Shown one piece after another: positions 11,893 to 24,349 of a stretch of DNA of 64,000 bases (the stretch's first letter is position 1; every line of letters starts with the position of its first letter). Where the stretch lies: the NCBI RefSeq assembly GCF_006345805.1, contig NC_042997.1:163184001-163248000 (forward strand), read 5' to 3'. The notes below the pieces were generated by a model. That model ran no database searches, was not told the DNA's origin, and saw only the letters and a program-made list of their open reading frames with translations. Made by a program: the position numbers and the translations under genes. Origin of the DNA: Octopus sinensis (lineage: Eukaryota).

Positions 11893-13125
11893 CAACAACT
11901 TTTCCTGTGATCATGATTTGAAAAGACATACAGAGTTGGCTTCAGTTCGTATCCGAGCATTGGGTTTGTCAGTTTCCATCCAGTCTCCTCAGCTGATGTT
12001 TGTGCCAAAAGTGACTTTGGAGTTGATGGTGAAAGAGTCGTGGTTAGAACTCATACAGGATGGTTGGTGCAAGTCAAGAATGTTGAAGATGCTCCTTTCT
12101 TCTCCTGCGTTTTGCCTCCTCATTCTGTTGTCCGTTCTGCTTGAAGGAGCTGGCTCCATAGCAGATAGTAGTCTTCCAGGCTGTCCTATCCATGGCAATC
12201 TATTCCCATGAAGGCTGGATGTTAGCAAGACCCAGAGGAGGTCCATTTGAGCTGGTCTTTAAAACAGACCTCCTCTGGGTCTTATTCAGATTGCAAGTTT
12301 TCCATAGAGCATGATCCTTGGGAGATGAGAGGGCTCCATACGCTGGATATAACCTGCCCAGTGGAGACAATAGTGAAGAATGGTGGCTTCAACACTTGGT
12401 AGAAAGCACAGTGAAGAACCTTATCATTGGAAACAGGATCTTCCCATTGTACGTTGAGAATCTATTGTAGCTTTAATTGCTGGAAGCATTCAAGGCACTT
12501 GAAGTCATGGCAGTCCAACATCCAAGTCGCACAAGCATAGAGTGGACAGGACAATGATCTTTGTCTAGATGGTTAGCACTTGATTGAAGAATACACATTG
12601 GCTGAGTCTGCCAAAAACAGAGTGGACCGCCCCAATCTTGTACTCCATGACCTTTTCACACATGGGGGTCTTCAAAAGGATACTTCCAAAGTATGTGAAG
12701 TGTTCAACTCCTAGGGGTTGGCCGTTGATGTTAATGTTTGTGGGTGGACTGTTCTAGTCTGGTGCAGGTTGGATCAGTGTCTTGGTTTTTAATGTGTTTA
12801 CCTGCATAACGAAGCATTCGTAAGCGCATTGTAAAGATCGGCTGTCCTTTGTAGGCTATCTGTGGTCCAGCTTGGAGTGGCATTGTCATCGGCATACTGC
12901 ATCTCACAGACTGTGATGGCAGCGCTCCTCATCTTTGCATGGAGACGTGTGAGATTGAAGAGTCCACCATCCAAGCAATAGCACATGCTGATGGAAGGCA
13001 AGTCTAGAGGGATTTCATTGAACATGGTGGCCATATACAGAGAGAAACAGGTTGGTATCAGGACATATCCTTGCTTGAGACCCCAAGTGACAGGAAACGG
13101 GTCTGTCATATTCACTTAGTGAGTT
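11893..13125 (-). mobile_element. 5'-truncated RTE-clade LINE (RT domain and C-terminus, frameshifted)
   Basis: ORF 12798-13115 has GLKQGYVLIPTCFSLY...MQYADD (RT motifs). Downstream segments are consistent with an RTE ORF2 C-terminus; multiple stops and frameshifts. Confidence 0.9.
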
Positions 13126-13139
13126 TACATGCACAAGGA

Positions 13140-13265
13140 TGAATTATGATGTTGTCGTCGGCGTTAGATACAGTAAAATGTGGCCCGGAACGTGATTACC
13201 AGCATGAACGTCAAACTAAAAAGTAGTTAACGATTCAATGGTTTAAGTAAATGTATACAGAAAAG
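13140..13265 (+). promoter_or_regulatory. Candidate promoter and non-coding first exon
   Basis: Locally CpG-rich, contains CCGGAACGTG (resembling the Ets motif CCGGAAGTG), and ends at a strong donor AAAG|GTAAGC (13266). Confidence 0.3.
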
Positions 13266-13811
13266 GTAAGCATTATACTGTCCAGTATAAATAAAAGTCA
13301 ACTTCATTATACTTTTTCTGTAAAAACCTATTCTAACATTAAATGTGTCAACTTCTTGTACGAATGTTTACATTTGTACATCATTTTACAACAAAAAAAA
13401 TTTCTGGAAATGATCTACTCATGTAATTTATACACCTGCTAAAGTTTATTTTTATTTTTGTGAAAAAATGTGCATAAATTACATGGGTTTTTACGGTAAT
13501 TATGTTACTTGAGTGATGGTTTAACCCCGTTTGCAACACACAAACACACACAGGCACACACCTACATACATACATATATACATATGAATACAGACATACA
13601 CATGCATGTTTGTATGTATGTATGTATATATGTATGTATGTATTTATGTATGCGCATGCTTACCAGAACAGTTAACTTAAAATAGATTTCAGATTTAGCA
13701 TTTACAAATATAATTTCTGCAATAAACTCTACACTAAATATTTGCTTTCTTTCATATTCTCCACTCTTAGTCATTTCTTTTCATTTTCTTTTGATCTCTG
13801 TTGATTTCAGA

Positions 13812-13891
13812 TTTGATTGGTATCTACCACCAATCAACAATTCATATTCAGAGATGTTTGCATCAGACTATTTCTATCATCTTTTATAATG
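13812..13891 (+). CDS. Candidate exon (FDWYLPPINNSYSEMFASDYFYHLL-stop), product unknown
   Basis: Long pyrimidine tract ...tcatttcttttcattttcttttgatctctgttgatttcag| followed by an open frame to TAA; ATTAAA near 13977. No homology recognised and it may be non-coding. Confidence 0.25.
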
Positions 13892-14081
13892 TTACAAGTA
13901 ATATCTCCTGTCTGTATATCCATAATGATTGTAGAAAATTACTCAGGAACACCATCAGCACAAGGAGTAACAGTTAAATTAAAGCCATCATGCATGAAAT
14001 GAAGAAAGAAAAGTCTAGGTTTAGATAATTAATAATGTTTATGCAAAAAAGAGGAAAAAGCATTAGATCAATGAGTAATCG

Positions 14082-14282
14082 CTTTTACTTGTTTCAGTCA
14101 TTTGACTGTGGCCATGCTGGAGCACCACCTTTAGTCGAGCAGATCGATCCCCAGACTTATTCTTTGTAAGCCTAGTACTTATTTTATCGCCCTCTTTTGC
14201 CGAACCGCTAAGTTACAGGGACGTAAACACACCAGCATCAGTTGTCAAGGGATGTTAAGGGGACAAACACAGACACACAAAC

Positions 14283-14331
<49 letters not shown>

Positions 14332-14500
14332 CACGACGGACTTCTTTCAGTTTCTGTCTACCAAATCCACTCACAAGGCTTTGGTCAGCCCAAGGTTATA
14401 ATAGAAGACACTTGCCCAAGGTGCCACGCAGTGGGACTGAACCCGGAACCATGTGGTTCGTAAGCAAGCTACTTTCCACACAGTCACTCCTACGCCTATA
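14082..14500 (-). mobile_element. tRNA-head SINE, family A (near full length)
   Basis: Highly similar to 6478-6870 along its whole length. Confidence 0.92.
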
Positions 14501-14917
14501 TAGTAATATTGATTTAATGTGATTTTGCTAAGCAGGGTTGCAAGATCAGTTTCTTAAAAAACAGAACAGGCAAAAAATATTCAAAAAAATAGTAGTTTCT
14601 GTCAGAAAGTATTCATAGCCCCAAATGAAAATTTTGTTTGTAAATCTGTGTGTGTGTGTGTGCACGCGCGTGTGCATGACACTATATGAAACAATAAAAG
14701 CATAGTGCGAATTACAACTCAATATGACAGTCTTGTTAAGGCAAAGTTTAACAAGTTGTAAATATATTCCTTACTATCATAAAGCAATATAGAAATATTA
14801 ATTCAGTTTCAAAGAAATGTTTCAATTAATGAAAGGGATAAGCACCAATTTCAGGCACTGCTAGGTCTTTTTCCCTGACGTTTGTAGTATATATCACTTC
14901 ATGTTAAAAAAAAAAAA

Positions 14918-14948
<31 letters not shown>

Positions 14949-15055
14949 GTTCATCCATTCATAATTTACTGTTATGTTTAGGCTCATTTGTTTTTATTGT
15001 TATTGTAGTTGATGTTGTTGCAACTAACTGACTATGCTGTTTGCTGTAGCATATA

Positions 15056-15155
15056 TCAATTAGAGTTAGTAGGTCTTCCATGATGCTGACATGTTTGTCT
15101 ACGGATCCACTTCACTTCATCAGAAATACTTCTATCAAGAAGGAGAATCCCCCAT
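15056..15155 (-). CDS. Candidate terminal coding exon (WGILLLDRSISDEVKWIRRQTCQHHGRPTNSN-stop), product unknown
   Basis: Acceptor ttttgtaaactatttaatag|, 32 open codons to TGA, and AATAAA on the minus strand at 14993-14998. No homology recognised. Confidence 0.3.
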
Positions 15156-15516
15156 CTATTAAATAGTTTACAAAATGAGAAACAACACAAAACGAAAAAA
15201 AGCACAACTTGTCTGCTAGCAATTTACACAGCTGGTGATGACACTTGTTATATCATCTCACTAGAACAAGATTACTTAGTGAACAATGAAAAACCTGTAA
15301 TGCTTTCTCACACAGCTCTTGAATATTTATTAGGAATCTCATTTGACATTTACAATTTTCCTGCTCTTAGTCCTCCTCCCACTCTCTCTCTCTCTCTCTT
15401 TCTCTTTCCTGCTTTCTCCCTCTATTTCGCTCTCTCTCTCTTTTCCTCTCTCTCTCTGTATCTTTTTTCATTCTCTTCACACATATATGTATACATACAT
15501 GCCAATATATACTCAC

Positions 15517-15558
<42 letters not shown>

Positions 15559-15659
15559 ACTACATATGTTGGAAATTCTGTCTATTGATGTGTTTGTGGA
15601 GTTGTTAGCTAATTCCTCCTTCATCGTTTTATCAATTTTGATGAAACTTGACACATAAG

Positions 15660-16420
15660 TAGAACTCATGTCTGGAAACCTCATGGCATACTCAGGGCCC
15701 CTGGAAGGGATCCTTATATATGTCTAATATATTTTATTTTAGAAACCAAGGGAAATAATCCATTCGTCCCTGGAAGGGATCCTTATATATAGCCAAGGGA
15801 AATAACCCATTCATTTTCCTAAATTATTTGGTAAAAATGAAATTGAGCATGTTTATTTCTTAGTATTTGAACTGTTAGAGTTATTTTTGTAATTTATCCA
15901 CTACAACCCTTAAACAAGTAAATAGTATTTTCCTAAACAATAGATCCACTTATTTTGGTTAGTGACTTATTCACAAATATACCAACACTAGTGTCCCTGA
16001 GGGTAATATTGTCTGGGAACGCACAAAAGCCCTTTTCAGAGTTATTTATTTGAATTGTTATTATCTCATATCTGATTAGCCTGTTATTACATAACATGCT
16101 TCACGATTTTAGTATACATACCTCATTAGTATTTCCTCCTGTGTTCTATATACTCTGGGAATACATTAAAGCCCTTTTCAAGGCTACTTTATTTGAATTT
16201 TTACTATTTGGTAACTAATTCCATGTTATTACATAACTGACTTCACAATTTGAGTATTCATAACTTCCTGAGAATTCCTAAAAACAAGATTCTGTGTAAG
16301 ACAGTTCAGTATTCTCTGTAAATGCACAAAATCCGTTTTAAGGGCTACATACTTTGTATTGTTGTTATTGGATTAGTGAAACAATTATGAGAACAGAACC
16401 AAGGGATAAATCTTACTATA
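15660..16420. mobile_element. Unclassified repeat with internal duplications (possibly Helitron/Helentron-like)
   Basis: ccctggaagggatccttatatat is duplicated about 69 bp apart (about 15699 and 15768). aaagcccttttca-type units recur at about 16007, 16168 and 16310. Ends are not resolved. Confidence 0.35.
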
Positions 16421-16429
16421 TATATAGCA

Positions 16430-16705
16430 TCATTAACATTTAATGTCCGTTGTCCATGTTGGCATGGGTTTGATGATTTGACTTGTGCCAGCAAAAAGAG
16501 GGGCTGCACCAGATTCCAGTCTGGTTTCTAAGGCTCCATGCCCTTCCTAATGTTAACCACTCTGAGAGTGTAATGGGTGTTTTTATGTGCCAGTTGCATG
16601 ACACCAGTATCTGCTACAACTATGATTTCACTTGGTTTGATGGGTCTTCTACTCAAGCACAACATGTTGCCGAAGTAATCAGTGATTTGTTATTAACTCC
16701 ATGAG
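16430..16705. mobile_element. RTE-tail SINE, family D (diverged)
   Basis: catttaatgtccgttgtccatgttggcatgggttt...cccttcctaatgttaaccactctgagagtg. Confidence 0.8.
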
Positions 16706-18029
16706 GCCCAATGCTCTACATGCAAACACACACACACACACATAATTAAGATTCAGTTGAATTAGGTACTTAAGTTGAGGCACCAAGTCAGTCTGGTATT
16801 ATCCACAAAGCTCAAAGTAAGGTGAATAAAATCAAAATAAGCAACAGGATATCAAGAAGTGATGCAGTACGACTGCTTCAAGCAATCCTTTGATCAACTT
16901 AAATACAAGGCTATCATCAGCTGCACAAATAAATAGAATTTTAATCAGTCGGATACATTAATATAATTTTACTCAGATACTTTAACAGAGCAAAAAGATG
17001 GAAGAAATTCATGTTCTTGCTATTGTAGCTAAGAATATACTACACTTCCAAGAAAGGCATGAAGCTTACTTGAGTCATAGCTTGTAAAGGATTTTTATAA
17101 TTTATTTGTCTTTTTCTCAACTACTAAATCTAAGACTAGAGGACTGTGTCTGTTTAAAATGAAGGGCAAGAGTGACTTGACAGCTCATGGCTAGGTATGA
17201 TCGTAAATATTGTCAAGATATTAGGAGTAGTAAATTGGGTATATAGTAACTGTCTATAAAGGAGGCTGGATAGGGAAAACCCTAAATCATGATGTTAATT
17301 ACCAGTTAAAGGGGCAAGACGCAAATAAAACCTATGATGTTAATACAGAGGAAATGTTATCATGGTGTACTATGGGTGATTGTTTATAAACAATATTGTT
17401 ATGCTGTATAAAGATAAAATTTAAGATTCTTAAAAATGATAACATAACCAAAATAGGTAAAATGTGTGTATCTATATATATATATATAAATTTTCAACAT
17501 TAAAAAGTAAAGATTACATAGAATCAGTTTTATATTCATTTATGTACTTAATTATTTAAGTGGTTTCTATAAAGACTGCTTTGGGCATTTACTTATGGAA
17601 TACTGGGAAGATAAACATGCTTTCTATATATTAATTATTAGCCAAGAATCAGAAAAAATAAAGACGTGTACAGATACACACACATATTTATCTATGTGTA
17701 CACATACACAACTATTTATGTGTTTATATGGATATAGTATAACCATCTCACATAGACCTAAGTAACTAAAAAGTATCTATTTACAAACAAGAAAGATAAC
17801 AATTTATAAGGGATAAGAGGTTAATAGGTTATGCAAATATATGCATATATACACATATACAAATATTTATACATTTATATGTATTTATTTGTCGAACCCA
17901 TGCTAGCATGGAGAACGGACATTAAACGATGATGATGATGATGATGATCTCACATAAACCTAGTAGCTGTAAATCTCTATTCAAGAGCAGTAACAACTTT
18001 AAAGGATAAGAGGTTAATATGTAAGGATA

Positions 18030-18227
18030 TCATCATCATCATCATCATCGTTTAGCGTCCGCTTTCCATGCTAGCATGGGTTGGACGGGTCAACTGGGGT
18101 CTGTGAAGCTGGAAGGCTTCGTCAGGCCCAGTCAGATCTGGCAGTGTTTCTACGGCTGGATGCCCTTCCTAACGCCAACCACTCCGCGAGTGTAGTGGGT
18201 GTTTTTTACGTGCCACCTGCACAGGTG
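18030..18227. mobile_element. RTE-tail SINE, family D (young, CpG-retaining), host of the adjacent array
   Basis: (CAT)n-cgtttagcgtccgctttccatgctagcatgggttggacgg...ggctggatgcccttcctaacgccaaccactccgcg. Confidence 0.9.
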
Positions 18228-18840
18228 CCAGACAGAGCTGGCGAACGGCCACGAACGGATGGTGCTTTTACGTGTCACCGGCACGGGGCCAGGCGATGCT
18301 GGCAACGGACACGAACGGATGGTGCTTTTACGTGCCACCAACACGGGGCCAGACAGAGCTGGCAACCGGCCACGAACGGACGGTGCTTTTACGTGTCACC
18401 GGCACGGGGCCAGCCGAGGCTGGCAACGGACGCGAACGGATGGTGCTTTTACGTGCCACCGACACGGTTGCCAGACAGAGCTGGCAAACGGCCACGAGCG
18501 GACGGTGCTTTTACGTGTCATCGGCACGGGGCCAGCCGAGGCTGGCAACGGACACGGACGGATGGTGCTTCTACGTGCCACCGACACGGGACCAGACAGA
18601 GCTGGCAAACGGCCACGAACGGATGGTGCTTTTACGTGCCACCGACACGGGGCCAGACAGAGCTGGCAAACGGCCACGAACGGACGGTGCTTTTACGTGT
18701 CACCGGCACGGGGCCAGGCGAGGCTGGCAACGAACACGAACGGATGGTGCTTTTACGTGCCACCGACACGGGGCCAGGCAGAGCTGGCAAACGGCCACGA
18801 ACGGATGGTGCTTTTACGTGTCACCGGCACGGGGCCAGCA
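18228..18840. repeat. GC-rich minisatellite, ten 60-61 bp units with A/B higher-order alternation
   Basis: A units read ccagacagagctggcaaacggccacgaacgg...gtgtcaccggcacgggg; B units read ccag(g/c)cgaggctggcaacggacacgaacgg...gtgccaccgacacgggg. Read by eye, the order is A B A B A B A/B A B A. Confidence 0.95.
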
Positions 18841-19397
18841 AGGTAAGAAAACAAAATAAGAATTTATAGAAAATGATAAGAATATATATAACTTACATTT
18901 AAAGAGACAGGGTATTAAAATTTGAGGTAGGGAAGAGATAAAGGTAACCCTAAGAGAGGAGGTAGTAGGTATGGAAGTAGTAAGGGTAGTTAGAGGTATT
19001 CCAACTGAAGAGATTTTATAAGTTGCAATGTTACAGGTATTATCACATATATGATTTTATAGTTTCTAGTGGGTATATAATTGGGAGACTTACTTACATA
19101 AAAGCCAATACAAATATACATAATATGATCAGTAGGGTAAACCATCATAGAAAGGAACAAATAGTTTAATCACCAAAAACATGAAGAAGTCAGACTAACT
19201 AGGCAGCAGTTTTCATGGGATAGTAATTATATAGCACACCACGTATCATAACATATTGCTTATAACATGTGCAAGGCAATTTAATTCACCATATAACTCA
19301 ATATCCCATGATTTTATTATATATAATACTAGAGGGTAAGTTTACAACAGATACGACACCAAAATTAATTTCCACCATCAAAGTTCTCTCTGAGAAC

Positions 19398-19430
<33 letters not shown>

Positions 19431-20222
19431 ATATATATATTTGTATGTATGTATGTATGTATGTATGTATGTATGTATGTATGTATAATAATATAAATAA
19501 TATATAAATATATGCACATATACATACATATATGTACATACCAACATATATATGTATATATACATGCATATATGAGTACAAGACATAAAAAAAACGTTGA
19601 ACACAATGAGAAACAAAAACATAGAAACAAACTTTTTTCAAACAATGAAAAAAACAAACAGAGAAATGAGACATACAAACAACAAAGAATATTCCCCTTC
19701 TTCAGTTGTCCTTGTTTCATCTACTCCACATTTCAAAGGCAAGGACAAGATGTGACTTCATTGAAACAGTCCTTCCCGCAAAGCAAATTAAGTAGAATTT
19801 GGAATTTTTTGCGGAAGGTGAAAGTAGTAACAAGAACAGGACAGTGAGAACAAAACAGTAAAAAGAACGGGAACAGTGAAAACAAAACAGTAAAAACAAA
19901 CGGTGTGGGCTGTTAAGCCAAGACGGTAGAAAAATTATTATGAATGCGAGGAAGATGAGCTTATGAAGGAGACAGTATAAGCACGTTTTTTCTTTATGAA
20001 GGTTGTGGGCAGAAAGATAGATTATCTTTCATCATGTGTCAGCGATGAGAGCATTGAGGAGGAGAAGTGAGAGAGAGGGAACAGTGAAGAGGAGAGAGGA
20101 AGAATAGGGAAAGGTGGGAGAGAAAACCAGAAAGGATGAAGAACAAGAGAGGAAGAGAGATAGACAGAGAAGAGATAGTAAAGGTAGAAGAGTGTGCATC
20201 ATAATTATTAAGATAAAACTTC

Positions 20223-20257
<35 letters not shown>

Positions 20258-20709
20258 CACATACACACACACATAATATATGTCACCTTATTTCATCATT
20301 TAACCTCCGCATTCCAGTTTGGCATAAGTTGGATGGTTTGACAGGGTCTAATAAACTCAAGAACTGTATCATGCTGTAGTGTCTGCATTGGCATGGTTTC
20401 CACAGCTGGATGCCTTTCCTAACACCAACTGCTTTACAGCATGTGCTGAATGCTTTTTCCATGCCACTAGCCCTAGTGATGTCACCATGCAGCTCACAAG
20501 ACTACAAACCCCTAATTGTGAAGGCTGATTTCAGAATACTGCATCTTATAAAGGACATGACAAATCATCACAAGAAATACCTCGGAGCTGTACTGTAGCT
20601 GATATGTCTAATGTAAGCCGACATGGAAAAATAAAGCTTGCATAAAATAATAATGACTATGGAAAATGCAGTGGTGTTGACACCTGTGGCACTGACAGCT
20701 GTGGTGCCA

Positions 20710-20797
20710 CAGCAATGGCAGCAGCAGCAGCAATGGCAGCAGCAGCAGCAATGGCAGCAGCAGCAGCAATGGCAGCAGCAGCAGCAAAAGCAGCAGT
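20710..20797. repeat. 18-bp CAG-derived minisatellite (cagcaatggcagcagcag) x4
   Basis: Directly visible. Confidence 0.9.
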
Positions 20798-21069
20798 GAT
20801 AACAATGATGGTGATATTTCTGACAGCTAAGTAAACTGTGGAATTGAGAATTAAAATTTGTTGAATATACAATGAGAGACTTGTCATAGATTTTAACCTC
20901 AAGAACTTTGAGCTGGTGGTCAAAGTTAAACCTATTGCTGGTGTCACTAGACATATCCATTTAGCAGCCATTATCCTTACAACACAGTGCTGTATATTCC
21001 AATGAGCATTTCAGTGTTGATTTCTCTTCTCTTCCATGTCTTTGAGTCAAATATTGGTTTCAAATGTTG

Positions 21070-21495
21070 ACACAAAGGCAGTAATTTCAAGGGAAGGCGT
21101 AAGTCCAATTAAATTAATCTTAATTTTCATCTGGTACTTATTTTAACAACCTTGAAAGGATGAAGGACAAAGTCCACCTTAGTGGAATTTGAACTCAGAC
21201 TGTAAAGGCAGATCAAAGGCCATTAAGCACTTTGCCCAGTATGCTAACGATTCTGCCAGCTTACTGTCCTACTTTTGCATCAAATATTAATTTCAAATTT
21301 TGATATAAGGTCAGCAAATTCGAGGGAGGGGGTAAGTCAATTACCTCAATCCCACTGATCAACTGGTACTTATTAATGACCCCATAAGAATGAAAGGCAA
21401 AGTTGACCTCAGCATAATTCACTCAGAATGTGAAGACAGACGAAATACTGCAAAGCATTTTACCCAGTATGCTAACAATTCTGCCACCTCACAGC
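21070..21495 (-). mobile_element. Two head-to-tail copies of SINE family B
   Basis: Each has ctggtactta...gaaaggatgaaggacaaagt...ggaatttgaactcaga...gcattttacccagtatgctaacaattctgcca, the reverse complement of 44061-44291. Confidence 0.85.
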
Positions 21496-22779
21496 CCCAC
21501 ATTTCAGTCAATTATTAATACTCAAATGTTTTGTTCTTCACATAAACACAAAGTCATTGCACTCATTGGATCCATTCTTAGCTTTGATTTGAAATAGTCC
21601 AGAGCTATTAGAAACATAAATTTACAATGTAGTTTCCAGAACACAAATTGGTAGCGGATGGATATTATTAGAAGTAAATATTTAAACATTGATAATTCAT
21701 GTGGACACTTTGATGAGTAACTGCTTATGAAAGCTAGCCAATCACCAACAAGTTTTGGTAAACATCTAATCTGAGTTTTTACTAGCATTAGACAGTAAGC
21801 CTGCAAACCTGTATGTAATAAAAATGACTAATGCAAAGACAACCTCACTATAAAGCAGGAAGCTATCTTTCATAAAGATCATGAAGCTATGAAAAATCTC
21901 CACAGATGGTGATGTAAAGAAAACAGAAAGGTCTATGATGAATAATAAACACACATGCCTGATTACACAAGGAAAAATATCAAAACACAAAACTGAATCT
22001 ATTCTGAATGGTTTCTGACAATATGCACTGACTCTTAAGCTACAATTGGCATTGTATACCTAATAGACTTTGCTTCCAGCAGCATTCAACAAACAAACAA
22101 TAAACAAATAGGTTATAAATTTGTCTCTTGATTGGAAAACAGTCTAAGTCACTCTCAAATATTTATGATTGTGATATAGAAATATTTGACAATTCTCCAA
22201 CTGATAAACCCCACTGCATACAAGACTTAAAAGCCAGCAGCCATTAACCAAGATAAGGAACAAAAATGTTTGATTTTTAAGAAGGGCAAGCAAAAGGTGT
22301 GAACTATCAGTTGGGCCAAATTAATGAAACTATATAAAAAAAAAATGTGAATGATATGATAAAGATAGATAATGATGAAAGCCAGCTATTAAATGTCAGA
22401 GCTAAGAACACTGCTTGATTGTATATTTATTGATTTCATGGATGAAATATGTATTAACATGGCAAGTTGCTTTATAGCTGTTATATTTTGTGTGTGTAGG
22501 GTTGTGTGTGATCAAAAAGAATGAAAAATTTTGATGATGAAGCTCAATATAGATTGATTCCTTCTTTGGCACAAAGCCTTAATTTAAAGATGGAAACTGA
22601 GATATTATTACTTCCATTCATTTTCAAAGGGTTATTAACTATATAAGGAGGAAATTATTTAGACATACACACAAAAACATGTATACACACACACACATAT
22701 GTTGACATGTTTATGTCTGTGTATCTATATATGTACATACATACATACATACATACATACATACATACATACTACATAC

Positions 22780-22811
<32 letters not shown>

Positions 22812-23034
22812 TAGACTCATGTATTTATATATATGAAAAGCAGCTTGTCTTCTAAGCATATTAAATTGAAAACATGACCATGTTATGATTTTTATTCATT
22901 TTCAAATGGTATTATCTAAGTAAGGGAAGAATATTTAGACACACAGACACACACACTCACATGTACATATGTGTGTGTGTGTACATGTATGCACAAATAT
23001 ATATAAATATGTATGTATGTATGTATGCATAGGT

Positions 23035-23196
23035 ATGCAGACATAGCTATGAGGTTAAGAAGTTCACTTCCCAACCATATGGTTTCAGGTTCAGTCCCAT
23101 TGCACAGCACAATTGGTAAGTGTCTTCTGCTATTGTGCTGGATTGAGCAAAGCCTTGTGACTGGATTTCTAATGTAAACTGAGAGAAGCTCATCAG

Positions 23197-23200
<4 letters not shown>
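23035..23200 (+). mobile_element. SINE family A, 5' part
   Basis: cccaaccatatggtttcaggttcagtcccattgcacagcacaattggtaagtgtcttctgctat. Confidence 0.75.
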
Positions 23201-23231
<31 letters not shown>

Positions 23232-23264
23232 TGTATGTGCATGTGTGCATATATCATCATCATA

Positions 23265-23432
23265 TCATTACCATCATCATCATCATCATCATCATATAAC
23301 GTCCATTTTCCATGCTGGCATGGGTAGGATGGTTTGACAGGAGCTGGCAAGGCCAGGGGCTGCACCAAGCATCATAGTCTATTTTTGGTTCAATTTCTAC
23401 AGCTGGATACTCATCCTAATGCCAACCACAGT
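23265..23432. mobile_element. RTE-tail SINE, family D
   Basis: (CAT)n-ataacgtccattttccatgctggcatggg...ctaatgccaaccac. Confidence 0.8.
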
Positions 23433-23695
23433 TAACAGGAGGAGGAAAGAGTGATGTCTTTGAGTAGACTGCTGGAAAGAGCTAGAGCGAGAGAGAGAAA
23501 CAGGTATAGTGCACAAGGAGAGATAATTTGGTGGTTTGGTGAGATGGTCAGTGTAACATGAGGGTGTGAAGAACAATATTCAGGAACAAATCAAATATGA
23601 TGTTGATAAGCCACAAAAATGGCAAAATATCAGTATCCATCACTCCTGAATTCGATTGGAAGTGAGTTGTCTTACCTTTCTATGACTTTCAGGTA

Positions 23696-24215
23696 CCGTA
23701 AATCCTCGAGTATAATCCGCATTTTTTTCCCAAAATTTAATGGTTAAAATCCCTAGTGTGTACTATATACGAGGTTAAAAATGAAAAATATTTTCTAAGC
23801 AATGTCCGAGTCTCTATTTGCTGTCCGGCAATGTTTATTCAGATGCATTTTGTGATGCCGGGCGGGAAAATACCTTAAGCTAAGCCTGAAAGCAATGAAG
23901 TCATAAAAGAATCATCCATAACTTGCAGTAAGCAACATTTATTAAAATAAAAGTATTCAGAACACAGAATAACATATAACAAAAACAATTTGCAAACATT
24001 TACATTCCCATATAACAGTTAAGAACCTCACCATTATTGTATTATGCATGTGTGGAAGTGTTTATTCGACTAGGTGCCGCTGGCTTAATTATGTATGACT
24101 CAAGTTATAGAAGGGGTGCATATTATACACAAGGTTTAGGTTTTTCAAAAGTACAGCCCCCTAAAAATCCCCTGTGTATTATACTCAAGGGCGGACTATA
24201 CTCGAGGATTTACGG
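23696..24215. mobile_element. pogo/Tigger-like MITE
   Basis: TA TSDs at 23694-23695 and 24216-24217. TIRs ccgtaaatcctcgagtataatccgc and gcggactatactcgaggatttacgg (one mismatch in 25). Confidence 0.92.
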
Positions 24216-24349
24216 TATTTTAACACCCAGCATTATCAGGGAGCAAACCAGTGAATAAACAAAACACCAGTATCGGCCACATTGCCTCCATGTGGTCCAG
24301 CATTGAGCGTGTGTGATTGATAATGTTTATTACACTAGTACTGCTTTTA

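Noticed and set aside
17300-18020. Possible mitochondrial insertion (NUMT), based on AT-richness
   Set aside because: No mitochondrial gene, tRNA or rRNA motif could be identified. Only a local duplication of about 200 bp (17748-17830 and 17949-18020) is evident.
18228-18840. CRISPR-like appearance of regularly spaced repeats
   Set aside because: There are no unique spacers; whole units repeat. The array is embedded in a eukaryotic SINE and no cas genes are present.
18081-18869. The 262-aa, 215-aa and 195-aa ORFs
   Set aside because: All three plus frames are open only because the GC-rich array lacks stops. Units of 60-61 bp rotate the frame, which argues against coding selection.
20657-20971. 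PolyQ/polyA ORFs
   Set aside because: They arise from an 18-bp CAG-derived minisatellite between TE fragments, with stops close by and no exon signals.
21522-21818. Minus-strand acceptor followed by a 94-aa ORF or RFAGLLSNASKNSD-stop
   Set aside because: No donor, no recognisable homology, and no phase-compatible join with the other candidate exons. Cannot be distinguished from chance.
23671-23695. Minus-strand GTAAGA donor next to the pogo MITE
   Set aside because: The putative exon would be only a few bases long or interrupted by the MITE.
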